IMG/VR virus record: IMGVR_UViG_3300021387_000090
Coordinates: 1 to 64,000 of that record
From: a virus
Taxonomy: Duplodnaviria > Caudoviricetes
Strand: one strand, 5' to 3'
DNA: 64,000 nt
Position 1 is the stretch's first letter. The number at the start of each line of letters is the position of its first letter. Position numbers and translations under genes: made by a program. The notes under the pieces are model-generated. The model had not been told where the DNA came from. It did no database searches and was given only the letters and a program-made list of their open reading frames with translations. Below are positions 61,857-64,000 of this stretch, piece after piece.

Positions 61857-61885
61857 ATTATAGAAGAGATCTGTAATAATGTCAA
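61857..61885 (-). promoter_or_regulatory. perfect consensus sigmaA promoter
   Basis: Minus strand TTGACA (61885-80), 17-nt spacer, TATAAT (61862-57). Confidence 0.85.
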
Positions 61886-61894
61886 GAATAAAAT

Positions 61895-61950
61895 TAAAGT
61901 ACATACATAAAATCATAAACCATCGCTTATGGTTTTATGTATGTACTTTA
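61895..61950. repeat. 24-bp inverted repeat, 8-nt loop, one mismatch
   Basis: taaagtacatacataaaatcataa / ttatggttttatgtatgtacttta. Confidence 0.9.
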
Positions 61951-62000
61951 TTAAGAATGCCAAGGCTACTTCCTCCTTTCTATTTTGTCATTTTTCTTAT

Positions 62001-62214
62001 TTGAGTCACAATGACCCAAATAAGACCTATAAAACGACTCAAGTAATTTAAAAAAGCATTGTAAATAAAGGAGTTTTAAGGGGATTAAAATCGTTCGAAT
62101 CCCTTCTGGCGTATTAGAATTATACAAATATGGGTTGATTTTCAAGCCATTTCAAGGGTTTTTAAGGGTTTTCTATCACTTGCTTATGATTTTCCTGACC
62201 CAACAGTGACTCAG
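62001..62214 (+). mobile_element. attP: tRNA 3'-end core (62093-62113) flanked by TGACYCA arm-type repeats
   Basis: GTTCGAAT-CCCTT-CTGGCGT-A matches tRNA positions 53-73. Repeats lie at 62001-08 (inverted), 62012-19, 62035-42, 62196-203 and 62207-14. The site abuts the integrase 3' end. Confidence 0.75.
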
Positions 62215-62223
62215 CCCATTTTG

Positions 62224-63480
62224 TTAATAATTTATGGCGTTACCAATGGTGTCTTTAGCTTCGATACTCTCAGTAACATTAAAGCGATAGAATTTTTTCG
62301 TTGTTTCTATATCTGTGTGCCCCATTTGGTTAATGATCAGAGTCTCATCTACATGATTTTGAAATAATGTAGAAGCATAGGTTTTTCGAGCCTTATGCAT
62401 GGCTCTTGGTTCAATGCCAACCGCTACACAGATTCGCTTTAATTTGTTGCTGAGAGTATCTGCTTTTATACGATTTCCGTCTTTACTAGTAAAGACATAT
62501 TCAGTATCAGGATTGATTTCTCGCAGACGTTTCATAATCTGTTGAGCCTGTGAAGTAAGAATTACATCTCTTACACCAGCTTTTGTTTTAGGGACATCTC
62601 GTACTTGATAATGATATCCATCTTCATCTCTAAAACACTCTTCAGTACGATGGACATACACAGAACCATCAAATACATCTTCCCACTTCAAAGCAACAAT
62701 TTCACCGATCCTCATACCAGTATAAAAACCTAGCAGAATACCATAGCTAATCACTGACTCAGCATGAACATCAATATATCTCTTGATTTTTTCGATCTCT
62801 TCTTTATTAAAGATTTGTTTTTTTAACACAGGATCTGCAAAATATGAACGAAGATTCAAGCTTTTAAAAAACAATTCTGGAGAAAAATTTAATTTGTGAG
62901 ATCTTCCATAATAGTTTAAAGCACCCCGAAGAATCGTTCTTAATCCACTATAAGCTTTTGCAGTAAGATCAAGAGTATCGATCCTCTCCAAAATAAAATC
63001 TTCTAATTCAATCTCTGTCAAAGTCCCAACGTCCTTATTAAACATTTCAGTGTCATCAAAAAACCTGTGAAAATCAAGAGTGTATCGATTTGCTGTTTGC
63101 AGTTTAAATTTATTACGCTTTTTTCCCATTTGAATTTTATAATCAATCCATTCAGGAATGAGTTCACCAATAATAGTTTTGGTACGGCGCTTATAAAATT
63201 CAATAATTAAATCTTCTAATTCTTCTTTAGTTTTTTTTCGTTTCTTCACCCTCTTTTCTGATCCATCATCGCTCGGCAAATAAGTCATCCAACATCCTGT
63301 TGAACTATTTGTAATAGCGTACTTGTGCATTGAGAGATAATATTCTCTTTCAGCTTTTTCCATAATTTCAGTAGCCTTGGCATCTGTAATTATACCATTT
63401 TTTGAGGATAAAATCAAATCATTCTTTAATTCTCCCAATAGATTTTTTGTCTCGTCTCTAGCATTAAAATAATCGTTCAA
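62224..63480 (-). CDS. int: tyrosine recombinase (phage integrase)
   Basis: TGMRIGE (R), PKT (K), HKAR (HxxR), MGH, FY (Y); TTG start after AGGTGGTG. Confidence 0.92.
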   Translation of the reverse strand: MNDYFNARDETKNLLGELKNDLILSSKNGIITDAKATEIMEKAEREYYLSMHKYAITNSSTGCWMTYLPSDDGSEKRVKKRKKTKEELEDLIIEFYKRRTKTIIGELIPEWIDYKIQMGKKRNKFKLQTANRYTLDFHRFFDDTEMFNKDVGTLTEIELEDFILERIDTLDLTAKAYSGLRTILRGALNYYGRSHKLNFSPELFFKSLNLRSYFADPVLKKQIFNKEEIEKIKRYIDVHAESVISYGILLGFYTGMRIGEIVALKWEDVFDGSVYVHRTEECFRDEDGYHYQVRDVPKTKAGVRDVILTSQAQQIMKRLREINPDTEYVFTSKDGNRIKADTLSNKLKRICVAVGIEPRAMHKARKTYASTLFQNHVDETLIINQMGHTDIETTKKFYRFNVTESIEAKDTIGNAINY

Positions 63481-63495
63481 ACAATCACCACCTAA

Positions 63496-63807
63496 TTACT
63501 CTGTCTTTTCTAATTGCTTCTTTTCTCGCCATTTTCGTAAAGCTTCCCCAGCATTAGGATTGCCACCTTTTCCAGTTTTCACACTATTTCTCAACGAAAA
63601 TAACTTCTTAGGCGCTTTGTATTTTTTAGCTACAATCTTATTTTCTTGATCTCGAATCGTTTCAATTAATTCCCAAGTATCAGGATATTCTTTAACTTTA
63701 CGATCAAGTTTTGTCATCTGAGTAGAATCTGATGTATAAACGATCATGTAATCATCAGAACGCATGAAATTAACAAGTGTTTCCTGCTCATTTACTGGAA
63801 TCGACAT
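63496..63807 (-). CDS. hypothetical protein
   Basis: AGGAG RBS; EQET...VYTSD motif; directly upstream of int. Confidence 0.7.
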   Translation of the reverse strand: MSIPVNEQETLVNFMRSDDYMIVYTSDSTQMTKLDRKVKEYPDTWELIETIRDQENKIVAKKYKAPKKLFSLRNSVKTGKGGNPNAGEALRKWREKKQLEKTE

Positions 63808-63873
63808 TTTATTTACTCCTATTTGTAGTAGAAAGGGGCCATGTATTAATGACCCCTCATATTTAAATTGTAT

Positions 63874-64000
63874 TTACTGCACTCCCGTACTTCCAAAGCC
63901 ACCTCTGGTTGCATTACTATCTAGATTATCAACGGTCTTAAAGAATATTTCTGGCTGAATTTTCTGGATTCTAAACTGGCAGATTCTATCGTTTTTATGA
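63874..64000 (-). CDS. dut: dUTPase, C-terminal fragment (truncated by window)
   Basis: ...KNDRICQFRIQKIQP...RGGFGSTGVQ*, motifs IV and V of trimeric dUTPases. Confidence 0.85.
   Translation of the reverse strand, partial: HKNDRICQFRIQKIQPEIFFKTVDNLDSNATRGGFGSTGVQ

Noticed and set aside
62093-62113. Phage tRNA gene
   Set aside because: Only the T-loop and 3' acceptor strand are present; upstream sequence cannot form D, anticodon or 5' acceptor arms. Interpreted as the attP core.
1-64000. Stop-codon reassignment
   Set aside because: The genes I checked end in TAA or TGA, but very long ORFs are uninterrupted under the standard bacterial code and coding density is high.

Overview
This window is the late (virion) region of a large, AT-rich temperate siphovirus, probably infecting Firmicutes/Clostridia (inferred from AGGAGG ribosome-binding sites, sigmaA-type signals and SH3b endolysins). 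On the + strand it runs from the scaffold/prohead C-terminus through capsid and neck genes and a major tail protein gene. It continues with a short accessory block (MT-A70 methyltransferase, RusA-like nuclease), a 5300-aa tape measure, a ~30 kb baseplate/fibre cluster and a lysis cassette. On the - strand are a small gene with a perfect sigmaA promoter, a tyrosine integrase next to an apparently intact attP (tRNA 3'-end core plus arm repeats), a hypothetical gene and the 3' end of a dUTPase. Best-supported hidden feature: a 281-nt ORF-less group I intron (6785-7065) after codon 6 of the major tail protein gene, masked because its terminal G completes an in-frame ATG. Other leads: (i) matched C-terminal/N-terminal motifs in consecutive fibre genes, suggesting a plug-and-socket assembly code with two parallel branches; (ii) a GT2 glycosyltransferase, a BspA-type LRR protein and a CotH-kinase-like domain inside the tail cluster; (iii) a JAB/MPN-like domain in the tape measure; (iv) a palindrome, mini-ORF and promoter unit beside attP. 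All family calls come from reading motifs by eye; no database searches were run.
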